Shown piece by piece: positions 1 through 9,841 of a DNA stretch of 64,000 nt (position 1 is its first letter; each line of letters starts with the position of its first letter). Made by a program: the position numbers and the translations under genes. Origin of the DNA: a virus; the IMG/VR virus record IMGVR_UViG_3300045988_151747, one strand, 5' to 3'. The notes under the pieces are model-generated. The model was not told the origin of the DNA and made no database searches. It worked only from the letters and a program-made list of their open reading frames with translations.

Positions 1-79
1 AACTACCTACTCCCAGTACGGGAGCTATATCAGCATCTATACCGACAGGTGCGGTAATCACTCCGTTAGAATGAGCCAT
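1..79 (-). CDS. 5' end (26 codons) of a fibre-like gene that runs off the window; N-terminus paralogous to ORF 300..1391
   Basis: ATG at 79-77 translates to MAHSNGVITAPVGIDADIAPVLGVGS. This is 25/26 identical to the N-terminus of ORF 300..1391, although the DNA differs at many synonymous sites. Confidence 0.6.
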   Translation of the reverse strand, partial: MAHSNGVITAPVGIDADIAPVLGVGS

Positions 80-288
80 TGTTACCTCCTTTCTCCAAAG
101 CGGTTATATGACCCAGAACTAGGACAGTCTTGTCCTTTACATCAATAGAAGTAAAACGGGTGTCACCTTCAATAGTGACAGCCCCGCTTACATCATAGTC
201 AGAGGGAATTTGCCGGCAAGCAATCAGCCCCCCCCCCTGCTGCCGAGCAGCAGAGATTACCTTTGATTAATACATCCACTTTTTTCAT
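66..288 (-). pseudogene. Small beta-helix-like ORF interrupted by a G10 homopolymer (frameshifted, phase-variable or slippage-dependent)
   Basis: ATG at 288 gives MKKVDVLIKGNLCCSAAGGGADCLPANSL, then a stop at 201-199. With one G fewer the frame stays open to the TAA at 68-66 (...LIACRQIPSDYDVSGAVTIEGDTRFTSIDVKDKTVLVLGHITALEKGGNNGSF). The N-terminus VDVLIKGN resembles GDVLIKGN in ORF 3103..3417. Confidence 0.5.
228..237 (-). repeat. Homopolymer tract: C10 on the + strand, G10 on the coding strand
   Basis: Counted directly: ...caatcag cccccccccc tgctg... Confidence 0.95.
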
Positions 289-299
289 AACTTATTATT

Positions 300-1391
300 T
301 TATTGGTCGGGAGCCACCATGAATATGGAGCTGCCTATGTAACTTGCACTATTAAGACTTACCCACAATTTGGCGTTCTTAGCCTGAACCAATTGTGACG
401 AAACCGATACTGTTATCTTCATTTCCTTGGTAGTGCCAGCAGGAACATCAAAATCGGATATACTGCCATATTGTTCTCCCATTACCAATGGGTCTTTGAA
501 ATCCTTATTTATAAAACGTGTCCGCCAAGCATTGTTCCTGAAAGTGATTGTACCTGACGAACTGTTTCTTACTCTTATAGTAACCGTAGTATTTCCAGCT
601 ATTGATGGAAGTAGTCCGGCAAGCACGGTAATGCTTACATAAGAAGAAATAATCTCTATTGACTTACTTGATAACAAAGGTATTGAATAGCAGTCATTGG
701 CTACATCAGAAGCGTCCTGCTCAAGAATTGCCGTACAGAGAAAAGGGTAAACATCCCAAGTTCCCGTAGGCATACCATAAGTTATCATTTCCGCCATAGC
801 ATACCCACTTCCTATTTTATTTTTTGCCGTAACTCTTCTACCCTGATTTCCACTACGTTGTTTCGCATATATTCCGAAATAGCAATCCTTTACGGTTGAA
901 ATATCCCCTATGTTAAGCTCATCCAGCAATTGGGAACCTTCTGAGGGCATCATAATGGTACATGAAGCAGTGAAAGAGCTACTTGTGAATTGGTTTGTAG
1001 CCTGAGAGGGAACAAGAAAATTGCCAATTGGTGCTCTGGCTTTATGATTATACCCATCAAAATCTAAGGCACGAAATGGAAACTTACCACCTGTCGGTGG
1101 GGTGTATTCCCATCCGTTCATACTTCCATTTGCCCAATTAACGGAATCCTGATAACTTGAAATTCTTTTAGGCATTATACCACAGTTACCATCCCACCCT
1201 TGCCACCATTTTTCATTTGGTCCAGGTGCAAGGCTTTCGTAACGTACAGGCTTGTACCGTGCCCACGGGTTTATTTTTCCATGAGCATTGGAGCATAAAT
1301 ACCCCAAATCATAACTTCCCACACCCAAAACAGGTGCTATGTCGGCATCAATGCCTACGGGTGCGGTTATTTTTCCATTAGAATGTGCCAT
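300..1391 (-). CDS. Tail-fibre / receptor-binding-like structural protein (function inferred from position only)
   Basis: 363-aa ORF at the distal end of the tail module. Its N-terminal 26 aa are duplicated in the next gene downstream (1..79). Trp/Gly/Asn-rich. Confidence 0.55.
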   Translation of the reverse strand: MAHSNGKITAPVGIDADIAPVLGVGSYDLGYLCSNAHGKINPWARYKPVRYESLAPGPNEKWWQGWDGNCGIMPKRISSYQDSVNWANGSMNGWEYTPPTGGKFPFRALDFDGYNHKARAPIGNFLVPSQATNQFTSSSFTASCTIMMPSEGSQLLDELNIGDISTVKDCYFGIYAKQRSGNQGRRVTAKNKIGSGYAMAEMITYGMPTGTWDVYPFLCTAILEQDASDVANDCYSIPLLSSKSIEIISSYVSITVLAGLLPSIAGNTTVTIRVRNSSSGTITFRNNAWRTRFINKDFKDPLVMGEQYGSISDFDVPAGTTKEMKITVSVSSQLVQAKNAKLWVSLNSASYIGSSIFMVAPDQ

Positions 1392-1393
1392 AT

Positions 1394-1639
1394 TTATTCA
1401 TTATTACTGTTCCAGTTACTAGATTCCAGAAGATTTTCAAACTCCTTTGAGCCGCTTTCATACACAGGGTATGGAAATTCCGTTTCAGAATCCGCGGAAA
1501 GGAGCATGGGAATCCTCTCCATGACTTTCTCATAATGCAGCATTATTGTTTTTCCGTCAACGGAGTGCCGCATCTCACTTATTTCTTCGGGAGAAAATAT
1601 TTCACCCAAATCACTTTTCGGTATAACTGTAAATTCCAT
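1394..1639 (-). CDS. Hypothetical small acidic protein (possible fibre assembly factor)
   Basis: 81-aa ORF tightly packed between two fibre-like genes. No motif recognised. Confidence 0.5.
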   Translation of the reverse strand: MEFTVIPKSDLGEIFSPEEISEMRHSVDGKTIMLHYEKVMERIPMLLSADSETEFPYPVYESGSKEFENLLESSNWNSNNE

Positions 1640-1640
1640 G

Positions 1641-3128
1641 TCAATTTACTTTTAGAGGAAAAACATAGGGAAACACCCCGCTTTGAGGGGTTCCATTTAT
1701 CATATTATCAGTAACCCAAGTTATCAAATCCTGCTCGGTGAATCCGTCAGTTTCCTTGGTGGGAACTGAATCGAATCCTATGGAGTTGTAGAAAGCCATG
1801 CTCATATAAGATGAACCATAGCTATTAAAAAATATTATGCTGTTATTACCACCATCAGTAGGATTTACGATTGTTACTGTTTTCTTTTTATTTAGCAGAT
1901 TATTTGAAACCTCAGCTTCATTTAATATACCATCCAAATAAGTTACACCACCTGTATTTCTAAAATTGTAGGCTGTAATGCCAGGTTGTCCATATATAGA
2001 AAAGCTGTCTTGAGCATACCAAGTCTTATATAACCCTAATGGAATTGCTGTCATAAACAACACCTTCACGCCCTGCTGCAAGTTCTCCACAACACCGTAA
2101 TCATCCACTCCATCAGTTACTAGGGCGTTGGGGTAAACTGGAATTTGCTCAATTGTGATATTACAGGTATGAGGATAGGAAGCTGTGAAGATTCTCCACC
2201 CCATATTAAAATTGGCTTCTACAACATTGTTTGAGGGCAATTCGTACTCTCCATCCTCCCTTATGTCAAATCTCTGTTGTACCCCCTTTGTGTCTTTATA
2301 TATATAAGCTACTATTTCATCAATCACACCACTTACCTTGACTTTAAACTTTTTGGCATACGAAGGTACTATGGTTTCTATGATAGTAGCAGAATTTAAC
2401 ACAGAAGTAACAGTCAGCTTATGCGGTTCTATGGTTCCATTAAATCTACTTCCTAAAGGTCTACTCCATATACTTTGGTCAGTCCAATTTAATTCATACC
2501 CACCCACACCGCTCATTGCCGCGAACAGGAAATTGTTAAGTTTCAGCGGTCTGTTGTTTCCACTGAAATCCTGCAAGTATGGATTGACTTTTAGTATCTC
2601 GTTTGTGGGAACAGATTGCCTTGTAGGAATTTCTTCTACCACAATATTACAATCTACATCAGCCACATTATCACCTGCTAAATAAAATCCGGGATACATT
2701 GTTGATGTAGTTTTATTAGTATATGAATCAATATCATATTCCCCATCAGCGGTTATTTTATTACTATAATAACCGCTCTGTATATAAAATCCTTTAGGTA
2801 ATCCTGTTACTCTTATCCTATAAGAATCAATAGTAGATGATGGGGCACATGGAGTTTGCCAAAAATTTCTGTTTTTCGAAGTAGGCGTATGAGTTATGGT
2901 ACACTTATTTATAGCTTTGTCATAAGTTATCTTACCCCCTTCATTTACAAATTGGTTTGCATAAGTAACGCCGGGAACATAAACATCTACAGGCTTTGAC
3001 ATATCATACCAAAACACCATGTGTTCTTTCACCCATTTGTCTATGGATGGCTTAGGTGGCATCACACCTCCAAAAACTCTTCTTATACCAAGAAGCCCGA
3101 AATTAAACATTCCCTTCATAAAGCGCAA
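1641..3128 (-). CDS. Hypothetical tail-associated structural protein
   Basis: 495-aa ORF downstream of the giant fibre. Asn/Thr/Tyr-rich, beta-rich composition. Confidence 0.55.
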   Translation of the reverse strand: MRFMKGMFNFGLLGIRRVFGGVMPPKPSIDKWVKEHMVFWYDMSKPVDVYVPGVTYANQFVNEGGKITYDKAINKCTITHTPTSKNRNFWQTPCAPSSTIDSYRIRVTGLPKGFYIQSGYYSNKITADGEYDIDSYTNKTTSTMYPGFYLAGDNVADVDCNIVVEEIPTRQSVPTNEILKVNPYLQDFSGNNRPLKLNNFLFAAMSGVGGYELNWTDQSIWSRPLGSRFNGTIEPHKLTVTSVLNSATIIETIVPSYAKKFKVKVSGVIDEIVAYIYKDTKGVQQRFDIREDGEYELPSNNVVEANFNMGWRIFTASYPHTCNITIEQIPVYPNALVTDGVDDYGVVENLQQGVKVLFMTAIPLGLYKTWYAQDSFSIYGQPGITAYNFRNTGGVTYLDGILNEAEVSNNLLNKKKTVTIVNPTDGGNNSIIFFNSYGSSYMSMAFYNSIGFDSVPTKETDGFTEQDLITWVTDNMINGTPQSGVFPYVFPLKVN

Positions 3129-3417
3129 TTATTTCAGAATCCGAACCCCTTGCGGTAATATATCCGGTAGCGGTAAGATTACCCGTAACCTCTACATTTC
3201 CCTTAATCAATACATCTCCCTCAATGACAACATTCCCAGTAATTTTACCATCCAGGGGAATCCATTTATATTCCTTAATTACTTCCGCTTTGGGAAGTTC
3301 CACATGGAATACTTTTGCCAGCCAAATAATTATCTTTTTCATATAATGGTTTTTATTTGTTCCAAATATAACAATATTATCCAAAAAGCGCAAAAAGCAA
3401 TCCCTGTTTATGCACAC
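3103..3417 (-). CDS. Small protein with bactofilin-like beta-helix repeats
   Basis: The motif GKITGNVVIEGDVLIKGNVEVTGNLTATGYITARG resembles bactofilin/polymer-forming repeats. Overlaps both neighbours by a few codons. Confidence 0.5.
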   Translation of the reverse strand: MCINRDCFLRFLDNIVIFGTNKNHYMKKIIIWLAKVFHVELPKAEVIKEYKWIPLDGKITGNVVIEGDVLIKGNVEVTGNLTATGYITARGSDSEIIALYEGNV

Positions 3418-6400
3418 AGGGATTTTTCAAGCTCCTTAACTCTCTTATTGAGTCGAGCTACTTCTCTTTTCAGTTTTGTGACTTCATCATCAACTTCCTG
3501 CAAACCTTTCCATACAACAGGGATAAGCCTTTCATAGTCTATGGTGTAATAGTCATTGAATATATCCTTTACCCACTGACTATAACCGCCGGAAAGCAAA
3601 TCCTGTGCGATAAGACCGTAATTCCAGTTATCATGGTTGAACACTTCGGAATTTTCCTTGGCAATAGCGTTCCAGTGATACTTCACACTACGGAATTTTC
3701 GGATAATACCCATAGCGTCATAACCCTGTATATCGGTTTTCAGTCTTATATCCGAAGAGGACGCTTTGGCTGTAATTGCTCCAGTGGCTATGATATTTCC
3801 TGCTACGTGCAATTTTTGTGATGGTGAACTAGTTCCTATTCCAACTCCCGTAGTATTCATTACCGCACAAAGAGAACCTCCTGCGTAAAATGCAACTCCT
3901 GATGAACCTTTTAAATCCAGCCATATTCCGCCCTTAGAAGTTATTACTGCCGCATTGTCTATATTTCCGTCAATGTTCGATGAGCCATTGAACGGTCTGC
4001 CCCACAAAGTTCTAGAAGTAGTAAGCACATCCGCACTAGAAGCCCTACTGTCAGCCAGCGTGGAAGCACCTCCAGCCGATACAGCCACAGACGTGTTGGA
4101 TGTGGATTGCAATCCTCTCCATGCGGAAACGTTAGCACCGTTAGCCCAATATTGGTATTGTATGTACCCATTGTTGTATGAACCAATCTGGCGCACCTGC
4201 AATTCAAAATTGTTTGTTCCTACACGTACAAGACGGATATTATCCATTCCTTTTGCGAATGTAGGAAGATAAAGACGTGCTGAATTTTCAACATTTCCCA
4301 CACTGCTATCAGAAGAACTAGGGCCACTTCTCATATAAAATATGGCACAGAAGTGATAATTCCATACTTCTGACTGTGCATGATTTCCATAGGCGTACCA
4401 TATCCTTCCCCAAACCGTTACTGACCTATATGGTCCGGCTCCCGATTCAGAACAAGCGAATATCTTTTTCCAATTATTATCAGTACCACCTAGAGCGAAC
4501 TGTAATGAATAAGTAGCGGTGGAATTATAATTTCTAGGTATATCCATTATATGCCAATTATCCAACAAGTCCGCATTTAAATTGGTATTCAATGTAGTAG
4601 AAGAACATTGGTAAGGTGCGGTTCCTGTACCTACAGTGGATACAAATCTACTTGACTCAGCATAATTACCTATAAAAACCTTGTTATCTTCCAGTACGAT
4701 ATTGCATAATACATTATTGCTTGAATTTCTTGAATCAATATAAGCATAGGAACTTCCACCGCCCAATACCAACCGTCTAGCCGAATCCCAGTTTGCAGCT
4801 AGATAATTAGTATGGGCAGTAATAGCACCACGAGTATCCAAATTTCCATTTCTAACATTCAACCACATGGCATTGTTTCCTTGCGCTACACTTCCTCCAC
4901 TGAATGTGGGATACCAACCTATACCATACCAAGAACCGAAACGCAAATTTGCATCTGCTGAGGAAGCTGCGTCCGCGCCACCATGAATCCAAACGCCCGA
5001 ATCTTTAACCACTCTTGTTGACCAACCTATATTAAATCCTTTGGTATTATTCATTGTCAAATCCCCTGTCATGGTGTCCCCCGACTTCTTTACGTAGCGT
5101 CCGTCAGCAATAGACGCATAGTTTTCAGTATGTAATAATCTATGCCATGCAGACGTTATCTTATTAGTACCATCATGTTTTCCTCTAAAAAACAAGTCTG
5201 TACTAGTTCCTCCTATCTGTAATGCAGCAAATTTATTGGAATCCCATAAGTTAGCTAATAATCCATATCCAGCAAAAGGGGCGTTATTTGTAGTTTGTTC
5301 TGTTGTTCTTATTTCCTTAATTGCTCTTTCAGAATAAGTATTTAAGTCAAAAGTACCATCACTTCTACCTACACTTAACAAGAACCTTTCAGCGTGAAAT
5401 CCATCAACCATGTCTGCATTAAGATTACCCACAACAGTGTTACTTACCACAATAAATGGAGCCGTGCCACTTGCTACGGTAGACATAAACGGAACATAAC
5501 TTGTAACCCTGTTCGCTGCTATACCAAATAAACTTTTCAAGGCAGAACTTGTACATACGTCCTCCACTGAACCCGCTAAAGGTGATGTGTATGTTTGGAA
5601 CAGGTGGGCAGCGGCTATATGGCGTATTCTATCCGGACCCGAATTACTTACATTTACAGCTTCATTATCGTTACCTATGTCATTCCCTTTAAATAATACC
5701 AGTTCACTACTTTCTGTACCACCCCAGAATCTTTCGGCAATGAACGTATGGTTATAACCTCCTGGTCCATCTCCCGTAGTTCCGTAGAAATATATGGTAT
5801 TGGGAGAAGTGGCGTTTCCTATCTTCAAGTCACCGCTCATGGTGATACTTCCCACACCTGTCATATCACCGCTTACATTAGCCGAACCGTCAAATGACTG
5901 CCCCCATAAAGTCCTTGGGGTTTGCAGTTTTTTAGCCATCTCAGAAGAGTTCTGCAAGTTTACAAAACCCGGATTAACATAAGTGCTCCATGATGGTGCT
6001 TTTGTATCCGCCCTGTATAGTGTTATATTCGTATTAATTCCTCCGTTTCGGTCATGGCTGTATAACAGATTGGCTTGTATTATGGAATAGTTGCTTCCAC
6101 CATAGCAGTATAGTTCTATATTTTTCTTTTCCGCATCATGATAGATACGTATGTTTGACCTATTGATATTGTATGACGCTATCAATAGACCTTCCACTAC
6201 AGCCGTACCCCTAGTTTTAACAACCAACAGACCAAACAAATCACTAAAGGATGAGTGCAGCACAAAGCAAACGTCTGTCATTGTTTCCGTATTACGTATG
6301 GAGTATGTAGCTATTCTACACCATGCAGGTTCAGTGCCTCCTACCGTATATCCGTATTTTATAAGGGCGTTTGATGTGCCGAACGCATGGTATCCGTCCA

Positions 6401-9400
6401 ACAAATCCGCACTTAGATTATCTACGGTTGTATTGCTTGAAACTATCAAAGGTGATAACCCTGTGGCAACAGTTGACATGAATCTAGGTGCTCTTACATC
6501 ATTTGGAGTGACACGTAAAACCAGCTTGTTGTTATGGTCTACGACACCAAATCCTGCACTATCCGTACTACTTCCTCTAAGGTTTCCTATATACCAATAT
6601 GTATCATACCAGTTGAACCTTAATCCGTTTCTTATAGAAGTAAGCCCGCCATCATCGTTCCTGATAACTTCGTTATCTTTATAGATATTGGTAATATCAC
6701 AATTTTCCAATCCCTTGAATACGATTGAGCCGGAAGTGGAAGCGGACGTAAGGGTTCCAGTCATAGTATCGCCAGTCTTTTTCACCCATCTACCGTCCAA
6801 TACGGAAGTAGGGATATGACTTGCGTCTATGACTTTACTTGAATCAGCCTTTTTCAATTCAGCCCACATCTGATTTACGTTGAAAGAATCAATGGTTCCG
6901 TTAACCCATTTTTTTGACGCAGCGTCGTATTTCAATGCCTGTCCGTTTACAGGGTCCGTTATTTCCACGTCATTAAGGTCAGCAAGTGTTCCGGTCTGTG
7001 CTCCGGACATGGACACTCCTTTAGCGGACAACCAATCAGTAGAATAAAATCCCACAGGAGTTGTGCCGTCTTTTTTAATCACGTACACGGCATTGTTCGC
7101 TGCATCCCATTTCAGATAGGCATCTCCAATCTGCAATGATTCGGAAGCCGAAAGGAGTTTAGCCGTAACATTTTGTGAAAACACACCATTTACAGAATAC
7201 ACATTACTCCATCTGTTAGCGGTTCCTCCCAAAGCAGAATTTGCGTCTGTACTTGGAAGAACGCTTGAAGTTTTCATGGTTGCGGAAAAAGTTTTCGCCC
7301 CACTTACAGTTTGAGCTGTAGCAATAGTTACATATTTCCCGTCAGCTTCGGTTTTAGTATATGCATCCGTAATACCATAGCCGGCAAGAGTAGTAGGTTT
7401 CCCAGTGGTTATCTTAGACCAGTCAAGGTTAGGTATATCCGTAGCGGAAAGGTTTGTTCCCGAAGTAACTCTTCCGTAAGCATCTACCATAACCTTGGTG
7501 TACGTACCTGCAACAACTCCCGAAGTACCCAGTGATAAGGTTACATCGGAAGTAAGAGCACCGCCGCCGGACAAACCAGTTCCGGCAATGACTTTCCGTG
7601 AGGATGTTACGTATCTGCTATCAGCAGCACTTTGTGTAAGATACTTATTAGCTGTAAGGTATGAATAGAGCTGGCTCTCATTAAGACCAGCATCTCCCGC
7701 TCTCCAATGAGTTCCGTCAAATACCAGTGCCTTTCCGGCAGCAGCACCTTCAACACCGTCCTCAGTGTCATTAGTCAAAACGTCAACCAGTTGGTATAAT
7801 GTGGAAGCCCCTCCTGTACCACCGCTTCCCTTTGACACTCCTTTAGCAGATATGTAATCGACACCCCAAAAACCGAAATTAGCCCGTATGGACGCAATTG
7901 TCTTTGTATCGTCAGACGGGTCAACCTCATTACCCGAAGCATCCAGTGCAGTGAAAAGTTTGCTGAACGCTGTTTTGTCCATTTTACTCTGCAATATGAC
8001 CGCAAGATTATCACTTTCCTTCATGCCTTGCAGGAAAACTTCAAGCTCAGACCACTTGTTTATAATATCATCCGCATCACTTCCGGTAAGAAAGTCGTTA
8101 AACTTGGTATTCAGTGCATCAAATTCCGATTTAGTGGCAAATGTGCTCCCTTTGGTGAATGTAAGAGAACGTCCATCAGAACCTTTTATGACATCCGTTA
8201 CCGCATTACCCGAACCTGTAACCGTTACATTGGTAAGCCCCGAACTTGCAAGTTTCCAAATCTCATTTATGGTGAAAGCGTTGAAAGTAGCCGAATTGTC
8301 GTTGTTGTCAAACGTTCCTCCCAGTGATTCAAATCCGTAGACGAGGTTGATAAGACCACCACCTCCGCCACTTCCGCCGGAAGATTTTCCCTTTGCGGAA
8401 ATCCAGTCCACAGACCATAACGCATAATTGGCACGTATATTTGTTATAGTGCCTAGCTTTGATTCATCATTTAAGTCAACCTCATTTCCATCATTATCCA
8501 GTGCGGTGAACAGATTGCTTATTCCGGCAGCGGTTTTAGGTTTGTCCGCATACCATTTGTCACCGTTAAATGTGAGTACGCTGCCTTTTGTAGCACCTGC
8601 CACACCTGTTATATCAGCATTTTTCTCCACGTCAAGCAACTGGTACAGGGCTACTGCACCTCCACCACCGCCTCCTGTTCCTCCATCAGATATACCTTTG
8701 GCAGACAGGAATCCCACAGACCACAGGGAATAATTGGCACGTATGGCATATATTTCCGCATTTTCATCATCCGGATTCACTTCGTTCCCCTCTTTGTCAA
8801 GGGCAGTAAAAAGTTTGCTGGAAAGACCTCCCTTATTGGGCATACCTCTCCAGAAACTCCCGTCAAATGTAAGTACATAATCCTTTTCCGCACCGAGTAC
8901 GGCATCCTTGGTATCATTAGGGCTTACATCTATCAATTGGTACATGGCAGCAGCACCCCCACTTCCTGCACCTCCACCACCCGGTGACACTCCTTTAGCG
9001 GACAACCATCGGGTAGTATATGCAGCACCTTCAATTACAAGTGCGTCATTACCTTCATCCCAGTATAATCTTCTTCCTGCAATACGTATTCCCTTACGGA
9101 AGTCCTTTTCACCGAAAACTTCTTGGTCGCCCTTTATTGTGACGTAGTTATCCGAAAGGTATTTTTTCAACAAATCATCAAGAGTTACGGTAACATCACC
9201 ACCGCCACCACCTTCACCGCCGGAAGAGAATCCCCATCGCTGGAGAAGTTTTTCCGTATATACGGCTATGTTGGTTGACAGCATATCTGTAACTTCGTCA
9301 ATGACCGTATCATTAGACCTGCTTGAATCGGTATCGGAAGCACGCTTTAAAAAGGTGTTCTTGAAATCCTCTGCAAGTTCCTTCTGGTAATCTTCATATA

Positions 9401-9419
9401 ACAGTGCAACAGTTTCCAT
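3408..9419 (-). CDS. Giant tail fibre (2003 aa) with a C-terminal peptidase-S74 intramolecular chaperone domain
   Basis: The C-terminus (...SSSDIRLKTDIQGYD...YGLIAQDL...IDYERLIPVVWKGLQEV, then a coiled coil) matches the S74 autoproteolytic chaperone signature. Internal modules repeat (FTALDxxGNEV...IRANYxLWSV.(F/W)(L/I)SAKG plus poly-Gly plus LYQL(L/I/V)DV), and three copies of (F)(M/V)STVxxGxxP...NLxADLxDGxH are present. Confidence 0.85.
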   Translation of the reverse strand: METVALLYEDYQKELAEDFKNTFLKRASDTDSSRSNDTVIDEVTDMLSTNIAVYTEKLLQRWGFSSGGEGGGGGDVTVTLDDLLKKYLSDNYVTIKGDQEVFGEKDFRKGIRIAGRRLYWDEGNDALVIEGAAYTTRWLSAKGVSPGGGGAGSGGAAAMYQLIDVSPNDTKDAVLGAEKDYVLTFDGSFWRGMPNKGGLSSKLFTALDKEGNEVNPDDENAEIYAIRANYSLWSVGFLSAKGISDGGTGGGGGGAVALYQLLDVEKNADITGVAGATKGSVLTFNGDKWYADKPKTAAGISNLFTALDNDGNEVDLNDESKLGTITNIRANYALWSVDWISAKGKSSGGSGGGGGLINLVYGFESLGGTFDNNDNSATFNAFTINEIWKLASSGLTNVTVTGSGNAVTDVIKGSDGRSLTFTKGSTFATKSEFDALNTKFNDFLTGSDADDIINKWSELEVFLQGMKESDNLAVILQSKMDKTAFSKLFTALDASGNEVDPSDDTKTIASIRANFGFWGVDYISAKGVSKGSGGTGGASTLYQLVDVLTNDTEDGVEGAAAGKALVFDGTHWRAGDAGLNESQLYSYLTANKYLTQSAADSRYVTSSRKVIAGTGLSGGGALTSDVTLSLGTSGVVAGTYTKVMVDAYGRVTSGTNLSATDIPNLDWSKITTGKPTTLAGYGITDAYTKTEADGKYVTIATAQTVSGAKTFSATMKTSSVLPSTDANSALGGTANRWSNVYSVNGVFSQNVTAKLLSASESLQIGDAYLKWDAANNAVYVIKKDGTTPVGFYSTDWLSAKGVSMSGAQTGTLADLNDVEITDPVNGQALKYDAASKKWVNGTIDSFNVNQMWAELKKADSSKVIDASHIPTSVLDGRWVKKTGDTMTGTLTSASTSGSIVFKGLENCDITNIYKDNEVIRNDDGGLTSIRNGLRFNWYDTYWYIGNLRGSSTDSAGFGVVDHNNKLVLRVTPNDVRAPRFMSTVATGLSPLIVSSNTTVDNLSADLLDGYHAFGTSNALIKYGYTVGGTEPAWCRIATYSIRNTETMTDVCFVLHSSFSDLFGLLVVKTRGTAVVEGLLIASYNINRSNIRIYHDAEKKNIELYCYGGSNYSIIQANLLYSHDRNGGINTNITLYRADTKAPSWSTYVNPGFVNLQNSSEMAKKLQTPRTLWGQSFDGSANVSGDMTGVGSITMSGDLKIGNATSPNTIYFYGTTGDGPGGYNHTFIAERFWGGTESSELVLFKGNDIGNDNEAVNVSNSGPDRIRHIAAAHLFQTYTSPLAGSVEDVCTSSALKSLFGIAANRVTSYVPFMSTVASGTAPFIVVSNTVVGNLNADMVDGFHAERFLLSVGRSDGTFDLNTYSERAIKEIRTTEQTTNNAPFAGYGLLANLWDSNKFAALQIGGTSTDLFFRGKHDGTNKITSAWHRLLHTENYASIADGRYVKKSGDTMTGDLTMNNTKGFNIGWSTRVVKDSGVWIHGGADAASSADANLRFGSWYGIGWYPTFSGGSVAQGNNAMWLNVRNGNLDTRGAITAHTNYLAANWDSARRLVLGGGSSYAYIDSRNSSNNVLCNIVLEDNKVFIGNYAESSRFVSTVGTGTAPYQCSSTTLNTNLNADLLDNWHIMDIPRNYNSTATYSLQFALGGTDNNWKKIFACSESGAGPYRSVTVWGRIWYAYGNHAQSEVWNYHFCAIFYMRSGPSSSDSSVGNVENSARLYLPTFAKGMDNIRLVRVGTNNFELQVRQIGSYNNGYIQYQYWANGANVSAWRGLQSTSNTSVAVSAGGASTLADSRASSADVLTTSRTLWGRPFNGSSNIDGNIDNAAVITSKGGIWLDLKGSSGVAFYAGGSLCAVMNTTGVGIGTSSPSQKLHVAGNIIATGAITAKASSSDIRLKTDIQGYDAMGIIRKFRSVKYHWNAIAKENSEVFNHDNWNYGLIAQDLLSGGYSQWVKDIFNDYYTIDYERLIPVVWKGLQEVDDEVTKLKREVARLNKRVKELEKSLCA

Positions 9420-9841
9420 TATTTGTTTATCTCTAAGCGTTCTTGTTTAAGTTCCTCCAGCTTCACTTTCGTTTCCTGTATTTTCTGTATGGTATCCGGG
9501 AAGAACATCTGCGGACCCATCATCGTATTGGTCTTTGCCTGTAACAGATGCTCAAGGAGATTATCAAACAGGTTCATAACCTTGAGCATCAAATCGAAAT
9601 CGGAAGATTTTGCACCTTTGACGGGATAGAATCCTATAATAAGAGGACGGGAAAACGAATCCCGCTCATAAGAAACTAGGGCAATGAAATTGTCCTTGTT
9701 CTCCAACAGCCATTTCTGTGTAGGTACGGAAGTGGACGTACCCACATTAATCATGGGTGCGTACATTTCCTCACCTGTACGGGCTTTTACCTGTATTCTA
9801 TCCCCGTCACTTTTTCCTGTAAGTCTGTAAAATTCAATCAT
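9419..9841 (-). CDS. Baseplate spike / gpV-like OB-fold protein (tentative)
   Basis: Position is directly after the gpD-like hub. The motif ...ALVSYERDSFSRPLIIGFYP resembles the gpV/gp5 OB-fold end. Start moved to the ATG at 9841 (MIEFYRL), which forms an ATGA overlap with the upstream stop. Confidence 0.45.
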   Translation of the reverse strand: MIEFYRLTGKSDGDRIQVKARTGEEMYAPMINVGTSTSVPTQKWLLENKDNFIALVSYERDSFSRPLIIGFYPVKGAKSSDFDLMLKVMNLFDNLLEHLLQAKTNTMMGPQMFFPDTIQKIQETKVKLEELKQERLEINK

